Assembly (NCBI GenBank): GCA_016201355.1 | Contig: JACQCY010000034.1 | Span: 1 to 43,454 of the forward strand | Reading direction: 5' to 3' | DNA length: 43,454 nucleotides | DNA from: Candidatus Yonathbacteria bacterium | GTDB taxonomy: Bacteria; Patescibacteriota; Minisyncoccia; Phycocordibacterales; UBA1550 | Shown here: one piece after another, positions 24,059 through 32,201 of the stretch | Position numbering within the stretch: position 1 is the first letter of the stretch | How the letters are laid out: each line of letters opens with the position of its first letter | Position numbers and translations under genes: made by a program | The notes under the pieces: model-generated | The model's input: only the letters and a program-made list of their open reading frames with translations | Told to the model about the DNA's origin: nothing | Databases searched by the model: none

Positions 24059-24952
24059 CTACCCATAAAATCGCCAGTTACGAAACCTAAGCAAGAGAGA
24101 ATAAAAAGGGAGTCGCCTGACTATCTCTTTTACAGAGCGAATAAACTTGCTTTTATTTATTTTGGCAGGATAATACCTTTTCCCTCGTGGTACTATCTGT
24201 ATATCTTCTGCTCGAATCTTTTTCTTATGCCACAACAACATATCACAACCAGATAATACAAGAGTTCCATCATAAAGTTGAAACAACCGCGTATAGGCGC
24301 TCTTGTCTGTGTAGAGCATCTCGGGAGAATTATCTTTGATCTCAAATAAAGGGAACAACTCCTTCTTTACAAAAATAGCATTTACCCCAACAACAGAAAT
24401 CAATTCATATCCTTTTTGCTTCCCAAGTTTTACCAGTGCGAGAAGCGATGATCCCTGAAAAACATTCATATCGCGAGGTTGCACAAAATCGATGTCGTTA
24501 GGAATACTAGGATTAAACTCGACAATCATCGCGCGGGGCGAATAAGTGACGAGAGATTTCCAGAGGTGATATTCATTCCCGTCAATATCAAGGGATAATA
24601 AATCAAACTCTCTCGGTATCTGTGTATTCGCGAAAATAGCATCAAGAGAGTGATTCCCCTCAAAACTCACGAACTCATTAATACACGCAATATCTTCTCT
24701 GGGTCGGTAAAGTGTCTCCAGTTTTTTATAGTTCGTAATATCAGCTTCAATCAATACTCCCGACCATCCTCTATGGTTAAGTAAATTCCATACATTACTA
24801 TCGTGTACGCCATTCAAAGCTCCGAGTTCAACACACCACTTATTTTTTTCACCGATTACCTCAAATATTTTTTCAATAATACCATCTTCCCCAAACTGAG
24901 AAGTAATCTTTCTGTGATAATCAAGAAGCCATTTGTCAGTTTTGTCAATCAT
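24059..24952 (-). CDS. FkbM-like SAM-dependent methyltransferase (putative)
   Basis: The motifs are SQFGEDGIIEKIF, CVELGALNGVHDSN, GWSGVLIEAD and LLSLDIDGNEYH...MIVEFN. I took the start at 24952, where ATGA overlaps the stop of the upstream GT4 gene. The track start at 25000 would overlap that gene by 52 nt. Confidence 0.55.
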   Translation of the reverse strand: MIDKTDKWLLDYHRKITSQFGEDGIIEKIFEVIGEKNKWCVELGALNGVHDSNVWNLLNHRGWSGVLIEADITNYKKLETLYRPREDIACINEFVSFEGNHSLDAIFANTQIPREFDLLSLDIDGNEYHLWKSLVTYSPRAMIVEFNPSIPNDIDFVQPRDMNVFQGSSLLALVKLGKQKGYELISVVGVNAIFVKKELFPLFEIKDNSPEMLYTDKSAYTRLFQLYDGTLVLSGCDMLLWHKKKIRAEDIQIVPRGKRYYPAKINKSKFIRSVKEIVRRLPFYSLLLRFRNWRFYG

Positions 24953-26085
24953 ATATTTTTCTTTATAAAATTCAGAATGTCTTTTGCCCTTTTCTGCCAT
25001 GTAAAATCTCTGGCTCTTTTTGCCGCAAAATCGACTTTTACAACAACTGGGTCAGACCCATTGACAGCAATCGCGATCTTTTGAGCTAGATCTTTTGAAT
25101 TATCTGGTTCATAAAAAATAACTTCTTTATCAGAAACAATATCCAAAATAGCCGGAGTCCTGCTTGCAACAATGGGTCGCCTCACTGCCAAATACTCAAA
25201 CACCTTCATTGGTGAAGTGTAATAATAGGACTGAGTATCATATTTTGTTCCAAGAACAAGAAGAGCATCTGCCGCAGAAAGCCATAAGGGGATTTCCGTA
25301 TAAGGTTTTTCCCCAGGGAACATAAAATTTTCAGGCAAATCTGTCTTTCTGGCAACAGATATAAACTCTTCTCTTGTACCCCCGACAATGTAGACGAAAA
25401 TATCAGAAGATATTTCTTTTGTAGCGTCAACAAGGACATCAAGCCCTTTCCACCCATAAAACCGACCACAATACATTATTATCTTCCTATCTTTCGGGAG
25501 TGCCAAATTGTTTCTTGCCTCATCCTTAGAAACACCACGAAACAAATCAAGATCGATACCATTCGGCCACACAAGCATCTTCTCTTCTGGAAAAGCAATG
25601 GTCTCCGCTATCTGTTTTTTGATGACATTATTTATGACAATAACCCCTTTAACATACTTAAAGAAGAACTGGTTTACCCATGTTTTTGCTTTTCCTCCGT
25701 GCGTCTCAAGAAAACATGGCATATGCAAGAAAACGCCCGCTACAAACGAAAAAGTATCCATATCTATGGTATAGATAATACCTCGCTTCCCTTGCAACAT
25801 TTTAAAGAGAAGGTATAGGGAATAGGAAATCGTAAAGATCAAGCTACTTAAAAAATATCCCCATTTACCGCTTGCATAAAAATCAAGAGCGGGTAATCTC
25901 GTCACACAAAGTGGTGGGCGAAGCTTATAATAATCCTTGATGTCCTCATTCATGCCGCGGTGTTTTGGGATGATGAGTTCTAGATCAACCCCTTCCTCAA
26001 TAAACGCCTCACACATTTTCGCAATCTGAATAGCATACGCTTTTTTATGTGGCATCCGTGCGCTTGCGATATAATAAAGCTTCAT
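24949..26085 (-). CDS. Glycosyltransferase family 4 (GT-B)
   Basis: It has a C-terminal donor-binding segment (IIMYCGRFYGWKGLD) and SPMKVFEYLAVRRPIVAS, an E-x7-E-like region. Confidence 0.8.
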   Translation of the reverse strand: MKLYYIASARMPHKKAYAIQIAKMCEAFIEEGVDLELIIPKHRGMNEDIKDYYKLRPPLCVTRLPALDFYASGKWGYFLSSLIFTISYSLYLLFKMLQGKRGIIYTIDMDTFSFVAGVFLHMPCFLETHGGKAKTWVNQFFFKYVKGVIVINNVIKKQIAETIAFPEEKMLVWPNGIDLDLFRGVSKDEARNNLALPKDRKIIMYCGRFYGWKGLDVLVDATKEISSDIFVYIVGGTREEFISVARKTDLPENFMFPGEKPYTEIPLWLSAADALLVLGTKYDTQSYYYTSPMKVFEYLAVRRPIVASRTPAILDIVSDKEVIFYEPDNSKDLAQKIAIAVNGSDPVVVKVDFAAKRARDFTWQKRAKDILNFIKKNI

Positions 26086-26112
26086 TTTTTTTATTATTAG
26101 ATTTCTACTTAT

Positions 26113-26934
26113 TTACCGCTGTTTTTTGAGGAAGGAGTTATTGAAAACGCGATGAAAGCCAATCTTGATAACTTCGAAATTATACCACAACCGTAGCACC
26201 TCATAAGAAAATGGCATCTTATTCCCTTTACAAAAAAAGAGATTTCCAATATATCGCAAACAATAAAGGGTTGAAACTGCCATGTGATACATAAAGCCTG
26301 AATAAAACCACCTCATAAAATTTTCTTTACCCTCTTTATTCCTCTCTATTTCAAGATATCTATTCCATCTTTTTTTAAGCGCTTGAGAACTTTCAAGGGG
26401 AACATACTCGCAATTTTTGAGCTTAGAAATCTCGAATCCTTCTTTTGGTTCGATCTTTTCATGAAGACTTCTTGTAAATCCACTGACTGCTTTTTTATTG
26501 AAAAACCGAGTCTGATAATTCGGATATGTTGTCGCGCAGTCAATAATACGCTTATCTTTCACATATTTTCTTGGCACCATAAAAATAGACGGCTGTGACA
26601 AATCTTTTGCGACCACTTCTCGTATTTCCTCTGCCAATTCTCTTGAGATATATTCGTCTGAATCAACAAACATAAACCAATCAAAACGCGTGGCATCCAA
26701 TTGCTGATTTCTTACGCCGGAAAAATCTGCAATCGTGTTATTTGGATTTTTAAAACATTGGTCCTGATAGATAACCCTGCATCCATAGTCATTTGCGATA
26801 GCAACAGTATCGTCAGTACTGCCACCATCGCATATAACAATATCATCAAATTCTCTGACCGACTCGATGCATGCTCGGAGGGAAAGCGCGGAGTTAAAAG
26901 TTAATATTCCAATTGAACACGGTATTTTATTCAT
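26113..26934 (-). CDS. Glycosyltransferase family 2 (GT-A)
   Basis: The motifs are SIGILTFNSALSLRACIES, ICDGGSTDDT and FVDSDE (DxD). Confidence 0.85.
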   Translation of the reverse strand: MNKIPCSIGILTFNSALSLRACIESVREFDDIVICDGGSTDDTVAIANDYGCRVIYQDQCFKNPNNTIADFSGVRNQQLDATRFDWFMFVDSDEYISRELAEEIREVVAKDLSQPSIFMVPRKYVKDKRIIDCATTYPNYQTRFFNKKAVSGFTRSLHEKIEPKEGFEISKLKNCEYVPLESSQALKKRWNRYLEIERNKEGKENFMRWFYSGFMYHMAVSTLYCLRYIGNLFFCKGNKMPFSYEVLRLWYNFEVIKIGFHRVFNNSFLKKQR

Positions 26935-27547
26935 GTTTTTTCCTTAAGATAAAAAAGTGGTGATACTGGTTCTCGAATGGCACAAATTCGCGTATAATTT
27001 CAAAATATTTACCTAGATTAACACGAACAGTCTTCATTGAACACCCCCTCTTCCCTATCTCCCAATAATGTTGACCGTTGAAGTTGTGTTTTTGAGGAAA
27101 TGGAATTTTCATGGAGAAACGAAATTCGCGAAGGAGCGGAATCTTTAAAAGAAACTGAATTGGTGGTCCAAAGTGTGGCAAACTAATCACTACATATGAG
27201 CGCGCAACTCGAGACATTTCTGCGAGCGCCCTCTCAAACTGCTCGAAAGGAATATGCTCCAATACCTCAAACGCGCATACAACATCATATGATTTATCTG
27301 CAAAAGGAAGGGCGGTCACACTCCCTATAACATCAGGGTGAAGGTCTTCTGCGACATCAATGTTCAAGTATTCTATTGTGGTATTTTCTCGAAGATAATT
27401 TCTAAAGACGCCGTCACCAGAACCTATTTCAAGCACGCTCTTTGGTTCAAGTCGCAAAACCTCTTGAATCTGATGATAATAACTCACCCACCGCCCCGGG
27501 TGTGAATACCGCTCAAAGTTATACGCTTCTTTATTGACTTGCTTCAT
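26927..27547 (-). CDS. Class I SAM-dependent methyltransferase
   Basis: Motif I is VLEIGSGDGVF. It also has YDVVCAFEVLEHIP. It overlaps both neighbouring genes (8 nt and 17 nt). Confidence 0.8.
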   Translation of the reverse strand: MKQVNKEAYNFERYSHPGRWVSYYHQIQEVLRLEPKSVLEIGSGDGVFRNYLRENTTIEYLNIDVAEDLHPDVIGSVTALPFADKSYDVVCAFEVLEHIPFEQFERALAEMSRVARSYVVISLPHFGPPIQFLLKIPLLREFRFSMKIPFPQKHNFNGQHYWEIGKRGCSMKTVRVNLGKYFEIIREFVPFENQYHHFFILRKKHE

Positions 27548-28604
27548 ACCAATTGATTATTTTTTTAATGAGGATAGACAAATCAAATGTCTCGCGCGCT
27601 TTCTTTTCGAGAGTTACGCGAATAATCTCCTTATCATTTGATTCTAAGATATCCTTTATGTGTTTTGCCAAACTTTCCGCATCATTATGACGAAAAATGA
27701 GGCGATCTGCGTACTCCCCAAAAGCATCACGAAATGTTTCATTTGCGACGAGAGGGATTGCCCCACCAAGTATCCCTTCTATGACAACTTTATCTAATCC
27801 GCCAGTTGGGCAAGCGTTCATATGTATACCACTTTTCCAATAAAATGGAAATAAGTTCTCTTGCTTTACATTCCCTTTGAAAAATACCCTGTCTTTTATC
27901 TCCTCTTTCAAAACCAAGTTGAGGAGATTTTTCTTGTACTCTTTATCTTTTTCCGTCACAGAGTCACCGACAAATACACCAGTAAACGGCACGCCTTCAC
28001 GAGCAAGGATACCACAAGCGCGAATAATTGTTTCTTGATCCTTTATCGGCGTCAATCTCCCCACACAAAGGATTGCGCGGTCATCACGCTTTTCTCTGTA
28101 TCCACGAGGACGGACCGCCACCCCAACATCGATGCCGTGTCCAAGGTACATACTCTTATTGGTAGCAATTGTAAATCCTTCTTTTCTGCTCGTAAAAACA
28201 ACATCAATAAATTTTTCTGCAAGCCAAAGAGAAAATGTGTTCGCGCGATGCACATACCAAAGTCCGACAGGCTTTCGTAACACTCTCCACACAAGACCAC
28301 CCAAGAGCGCATAAACTTGATTCATATGCACAAACACGGCATCGTAGTTTTTGCGTTCGCGCCAGATGAGACGATAGAAATTTATGATGTACTTTAGGCG
28401 AGAAGCGCCTCGTTCTTTGCCGAGGGAAAACACACGGACATTTTTCGGCAGATGATATTCTCCAACACCAAGAGCGATCACTGTTACTTGCCCGCAGTGT
28501 TTCGCAAATTCTTCAATCCAGCGGTGGAAAAAACCTAAGATTGAGTCCCTGCTGTCTACTTTCTGAGTGAGGATGAGAAGCTTCGTTCTTTTTTCTTCTT
28601 GCAT
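27531..28604 (-). CDS. Glycosyltransferase family 4 (GT-B)
   Basis: The motifs are CVGRLTPIKDQETIIRA and GGLDKVVIEGILGGAIPLVA. Confidence 0.8.
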   Translation of the reverse strand: MQEEKRTKLLILTQKVDSRDSILGFFHRWIEEFAKHCGQVTVIALGVGEYHLPKNVRVFSLGKERGASRLKYIINFYRLIWRERKNYDAVFVHMNQVYALLGGLVWRVLRKPVGLWYVHRANTFSLWLAEKFIDVVFTSRKEGFTIATNKSMYLGHGIDVGVAVRPRGYREKRDDRAILCVGRLTPIKDQETIIRACGILAREGVPFTGVFVGDSVTEKDKEYKKNLLNLVLKEEIKDRVFFKGNVKQENLFPFYWKSGIHMNACPTGGLDKVVIEGILGGAIPLVANETFRDAFGEYADRLIFRHNDAESLAKHIKDILESNDKEIIRVTLEKKARETFDLSILIKKIINWYEASQ

Positions 28605-28655
28605 ATATGTTTATGTACGGACTGATACAACCTGAAGACTTTTTTTAAATTTAAA

Positions 28656-29540
28656 TTACTTTTTACGAACAATAACAACCATATTATCGCGTAGATTAAT
28701 AGAAATTGCAAAACCACCCAAGCGTGGATATTTTTTTAAAAACCTGACCACCTTACGCAAAAGACTAGACTTCTGCCACTCTGCTACCGTATGCAAAATG
28801 TACTCAAGGGTGAATGTCTTTCCAATTTTTATAATCTCTTCACAATCAAAATTATTTCTTTCCAAAAAAATTTTAACGCTCTTCTGAGTAAAATAATGAA
28901 GATGCTCAGGGGGGACCAATAAATGCCACCTCTTACCCATTATACGCGCGTACCAACTACTGCTATCGGGTGTACTGAGCGCCAAAATACCATTTACCCC
29001 CAAAAGTTTCGAGCAAGCGCGAATCTCTCTATTTGGGTTTTGAAAATGCTCCAGCACATCCCATAAGGTTATCGCATTGAATGACATTTCCTGAAACATA
29101 CCGTCTCTGAGTGTACCCCACACGACATCAAGACCTTTTTCCTGAGCGATTTCAGCTGCGTACTCTGATATCTCAAGCCCACACGCATTCCATCCCATCT
29201 TTTGCGCGATATCTACAAAAAACCCTGTAGCCGCTCCCACATCAAGCAAATTTCCTTTTCTGGAGTACCGAGATTCTATCCTTTTCAGATACTCCTCAAA
29301 TACCGATCGCATCGGCTCTTTATCTTGGTCATAATCAACATACCCCGATCCCCTCTCTGCACCAGAAAAATAATCCTCATTATAAAGCGACGATGCATCG
29401 TACTCAGACAAGGGGTAGACAAATATATGCCCGCAAGAGCCACATCGATATAAATCGAAATCATTTTTTCTACAAAAAAAAGTGTTTTGCGTACTACTAC
29501 ACGCTATGCATTTCGCTAATTTTTGATAATCATTTTCCAT
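28656..29540 (-). CDS. Class I SAM-dependent methyltransferase with an N-terminal Cys4 zinc ribbon
   Basis: It has CIACSS...CGSCGHIF, motif I LLDVGAATGFF, and ITLWDVLEHFQNP. Confidence 0.8.
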   Translation of the reverse strand: MENDYQKLAKCIACSSTQNTFFCRKNDFDLYRCGSCGHIFVYPLSEYDASSLYNEDYFSGAERGSGYVDYDQDKEPMRSVFEEYLKRIESRYSRKGNLLDVGAATGFFVDIAQKMGWNACGLEISEYAAEIAQEKGLDVVWGTLRDGMFQEMSFNAITLWDVLEHFQNPNREIRACSKLLGVNGILALSTPDSSSWYARIMGKRWHLLVPPEHLHYFTQKSVKIFLERNNFDCEEIIKIGKTFTLEYILHTVAEWQKSSLLRKVVRFLKKYPRLGGFAISINLRDNMVVIVRKK

Positions 29541-30220
29541 GGTGCAAAAATTCCTTCCCTAACAATATGATTTGATATTTTTGATTCTCCCCCCGTACGG
29601 TTCTTAAAGATAATCGGTATCTCTATAAACCGAGCGCCATTTTTAAAAAGTAAATATTTCAATTCCATAATAAAAGCGTATCCAGAGACATCAACCACTG
29701 ATAGATCCACGCTCCGCAATACACTCGTGCGAATAAGATTAAAACCACCCGTGCAATCAACAATAGGCATTCTTGTAATCATCCTGCAGTACAAATTCCC
29801 CCCCCAACTCAAAACACGCCTCCACAACTCCCATCCCTCTGTTCCCCCACCATGGATATATCGCGAGCCGACAATCACATCATAATCATCTCTCTTACTC
29901 AGCATCTCATTCAAATATCGAGGATGGTGTGAAAAATCAGCATCCATCATTATTACAAACTCAACTCCCTTATCTTCTAGCACTTTTTTAAATGCGTCAA
30001 GATATGCCTTACCGAGTCCCTCTTTTCTTTTTCGGCAGAAGAGAGAAAGTCGCGGAAATGCTCCTTTTAGAGACTCAACAACCTTTCCTGTTCCATCGGG
30101 AGAATTATCATCAACCACCATCACATGTACCCACACAGGAACCGTCTTAAAAATTTCTACCACCAACTGCGAGATATTTTCTTTTTCATTGAAGGTAGGG
30201 ATAATAATCACACTTTTCAT
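29516..30220 (-). CDS. Polyprenyl-phosphate glycosyltransferase, GT2 Dpm1/Ppm1/GtrB-like
   Basis: The motifs are VIIIPTFNEKENI, VVDDNSPDGT, MDADFSHHP and GFNLIR. The gene contains a G8 run on the coding strand. Confidence 0.85.
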   Translation of the reverse strand: MKSVIIIPTFNEKENISQLVVEIFKTVPVWVHVMVVDDNSPDGTGKVVESLKGAFPRLSLFCRKRKEGLGKAYLDAFKKVLEDKGVEFVIMMDADFSHHPRYLNEMLSKRDDYDVIVGSRYIHGGGTEGWELWRRVLSWGGNLYCRMITRMPIVDCTGGFNLIRTSVLRSVDLSVVDVSGYAFIMELKYLLFKNGARFIEIPIIFKNRTGGESKISNHIVREGIFAPWKMIIKN

Positions 30221-30265
30221 AATTCATAAAAGTATACCACAGTATTGGGTACCGCTAAAATTCCA

Positions 30266-31735
30266 CTATCTAGACTCTGGACCCTTTTCAAGGATAGTAT
30301 ATCGATCGACAACCCTCTTTTCTCTATATTTTACAAACATCACATCTTTTGGGTCATACTGTTCACTTATAATAACGATTTGATCAGGGAGACCTTCTCT
30401 TATTTTCCCTAACTGCTCCTTCCCCGGCAAAATTGTGCTGGTCACTTTCATGTATTGAAAATATGTTGATATCGGTAAAAACAAAGCAACCTCCGGAACC
30501 TGGTAGAGAAAAAATATCTGCTCAGGAGGTTGGGTCTTAAAATATGCGGTCAACTCTCGTGTACGCGTCCCTTGATAATATGATGCTACCCATGAGTGAA
30601 ACCCTGTTTGATAAAACTGAAACACAACAAGAAGCGTAAAAATAAAGCCTATTGCAAACTTGGGGATTTTACCACCTAACAGCGTCGAGAACGCTAAGGG
30701 AAAGTACATTAGAGCAAACACTTGCCCGAGAAAAAAATACCGGTAGTACCCAACGGTTCTTAAATAAGCGAGGAAAATGAGCACTGAAAACGAGAAAGTG
30801 ACCAACTCAACATAGGAAATATGGACTTTTCTCCGTAAACGCACAACAAATGAAACTGCCCAAATTCCAAGCAATACCATAAAATACATCGGTTGAATCT
30901 CAATTATTAGACGTTTAAGATTAACAAACATTGAACCAAGAAGAGATGTGTTGTGAGGATTCGCATAAATAGAAAGTATATTTATAAACGAATCACTCGA
31001 AAATTGTACCCAAAACCACACCAGCACTGGCACGCAAAAGGCGAGGACGAAGTATCCCACAAACATCGGTCTACTCAAGAATGTTCGATGATAAAAATAA
31101 AGAGGGATAACGAGTGCTGGTAGCACCAACAGAAAAACCGGTTTTGTTACCACACACAATCCAAGTAACAACCCCGCGAGCAAAAATGGCGCAACCGTCC
31201 TCAATCCTCGTTCAACCATCCCTAAACACAAAAGTCCTGCAAAGAGAAACACCAGCCCAGGAATTTCACCAAGTACATTTTTCCCATTCCCATAAATGGG
31301 AGCAAAACTCACCAACAAGAGCAGTGCATACACCGCAAGAGTCTTTGTTATTTCCTGTTTAGTTAAAAAATATACAAGCACAAAAAATGCAAACAAGAAT
31401 AATACCATCACCACACGCGCCTGCAAAACTCCAACTCCAAAGGACCGGAAAGACAAACTGATTGGATAAGTGACCACATAACTTGTGGTTACAAAGCCCG
31501 CGGACACAAACTTCTGAGGTGCGACTTGAATGCCATGCACTCCATTTATTGCTATATTTTCTGCAACCTGTGTAATAATACCTTCGTCCATCCAAACAGG
31601 CGGACTTTCGGTTAGTTTGTGTGTGGACAAAAAAAGAACCGCTACTCCTGCAAGCAACAATATTACATAATAGAATAAATTCTGTATGGAATAGTATCCC
31701 ATCCTGATTCTTTGTTTTATAAAAGATAAACTCAT
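30266..31735 (-). CDS. GT-C-type integral membrane glycosyltransferase (ArnT/PMT, GT39/GT83-like)
   Basis: It has about 11-12 TM segments. The first extracytoplasmic loop carries the acidic motif PPVWMDEGI, typical of GT-C enzymes. It also has a soluble C-terminal domain. Confidence 0.7.
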   Translation of the reverse strand: MSLSFIKQRIRMGYYSIQNLFYYVILLLAGVAVLFLSTHKLTESPPVWMDEGIITQVAENIAINGVHGIQVAPQKFVSAGFVTTSYVVTYPISLSFRSFGVGVLQARVVMVLFLFAFFVLVYFLTKQEITKTLAVYALLLLVSFAPIYGNGKNVLGEIPGLVFLFAGLLCLGMVERGLRTVAPFLLAGLLLGLCVVTKPVFLLVLPALVIPLYFYHRTFLSRPMFVGYFVLAFCVPVLVWFWVQFSSDSFINILSIYANPHNTSLLGSMFVNLKRLIIEIQPMYFMVLLGIWAVSFVVRLRRKVHISYVELVTFSFSVLIFLAYLRTVGYYRYFFLGQVFALMYFPLAFSTLLGGKIPKFAIGFIFTLLVVFQFYQTGFHSWVASYYQGTRTRELTAYFKTQPPEQIFFLYQVPEVALFLPISTYFQYMKVTSTILPGKEQLGKIREGLPDQIVIISEQYDPKDVMFVKYREKRVVDRYTILEKGPESR

Positions 31736-32196
31736 ACTTTGTTTTTCCCTTGTATGAATATAAAATGCTTACACAAGAAGAAACTGAGACAAGCGATGAT
31801 ACCTCCCACAAATACCTGTGCAACCAAATAATGGATGTTAATCTTCTCCACAAAAATATACATTAAATAAGTATTCAAAAAAAAATTTCCCAAGGAAACA
31901 ACGAGATACACAATCGACTGACGATGAATATTTTGTATTGAATGATCTCTAAATGTCCAAAATTTCTGAAGGGTAAAGCTTACTAAAAATGCACCGGCGA
32001 AAGCAATGACTACCGACAAAAGATAATGGAAACCAATATATGATGTAAAAATATAGAGTAAGCCTAAATCAACTATTGCTGCAGTCCCTCCCGCAACAAC
32101 ATAACGAAAAATTATCCCCTGTATTGAGGTCGTCTTTATCAACCATTCTTTACTTAAATAAAGTCTGTCCTCTATTTGGGAAGATATTGTCTCCAT
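31732..32196 (-). CDS. gtrA: GtrA-family small membrane protein (polyprenyl-phosphate-sugar translocation-associated)
   Basis: It is 154 aa with four TM segments and the segments RYVVAGGTAAIVDLGLLYIF and QKFWTFR. An ATGA overlap joins it to the GT-C gene. Confidence 0.8.
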   Translation of the reverse strand: METISSQIEDRLYLSKEWLIKTTSIQGIIFRYVVAGGTAAIVDLGLLYIFTSYIGFHYLLSVVIAFAGAFLVSFTLQKFWTFRDHSIQNIHRQSIVYLVVSLGNFFLNTYLMYIFVEKINIHYLVAQVFVGGIIACLSFFLCKHFIFIQGKNKV

Positions 32197-32201
32197 ACTG
32201 A

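Noticed and set aside
31359-31853. 164-aa minus-strand ORF spanning the gtrA/GT-C junction in another frame
   Set aside because: It overlaps two genes that each have coherent TM topology and family motifs and are joined by an ATGA overlap. Its own translation is Cys/Ser-rich nonsense.
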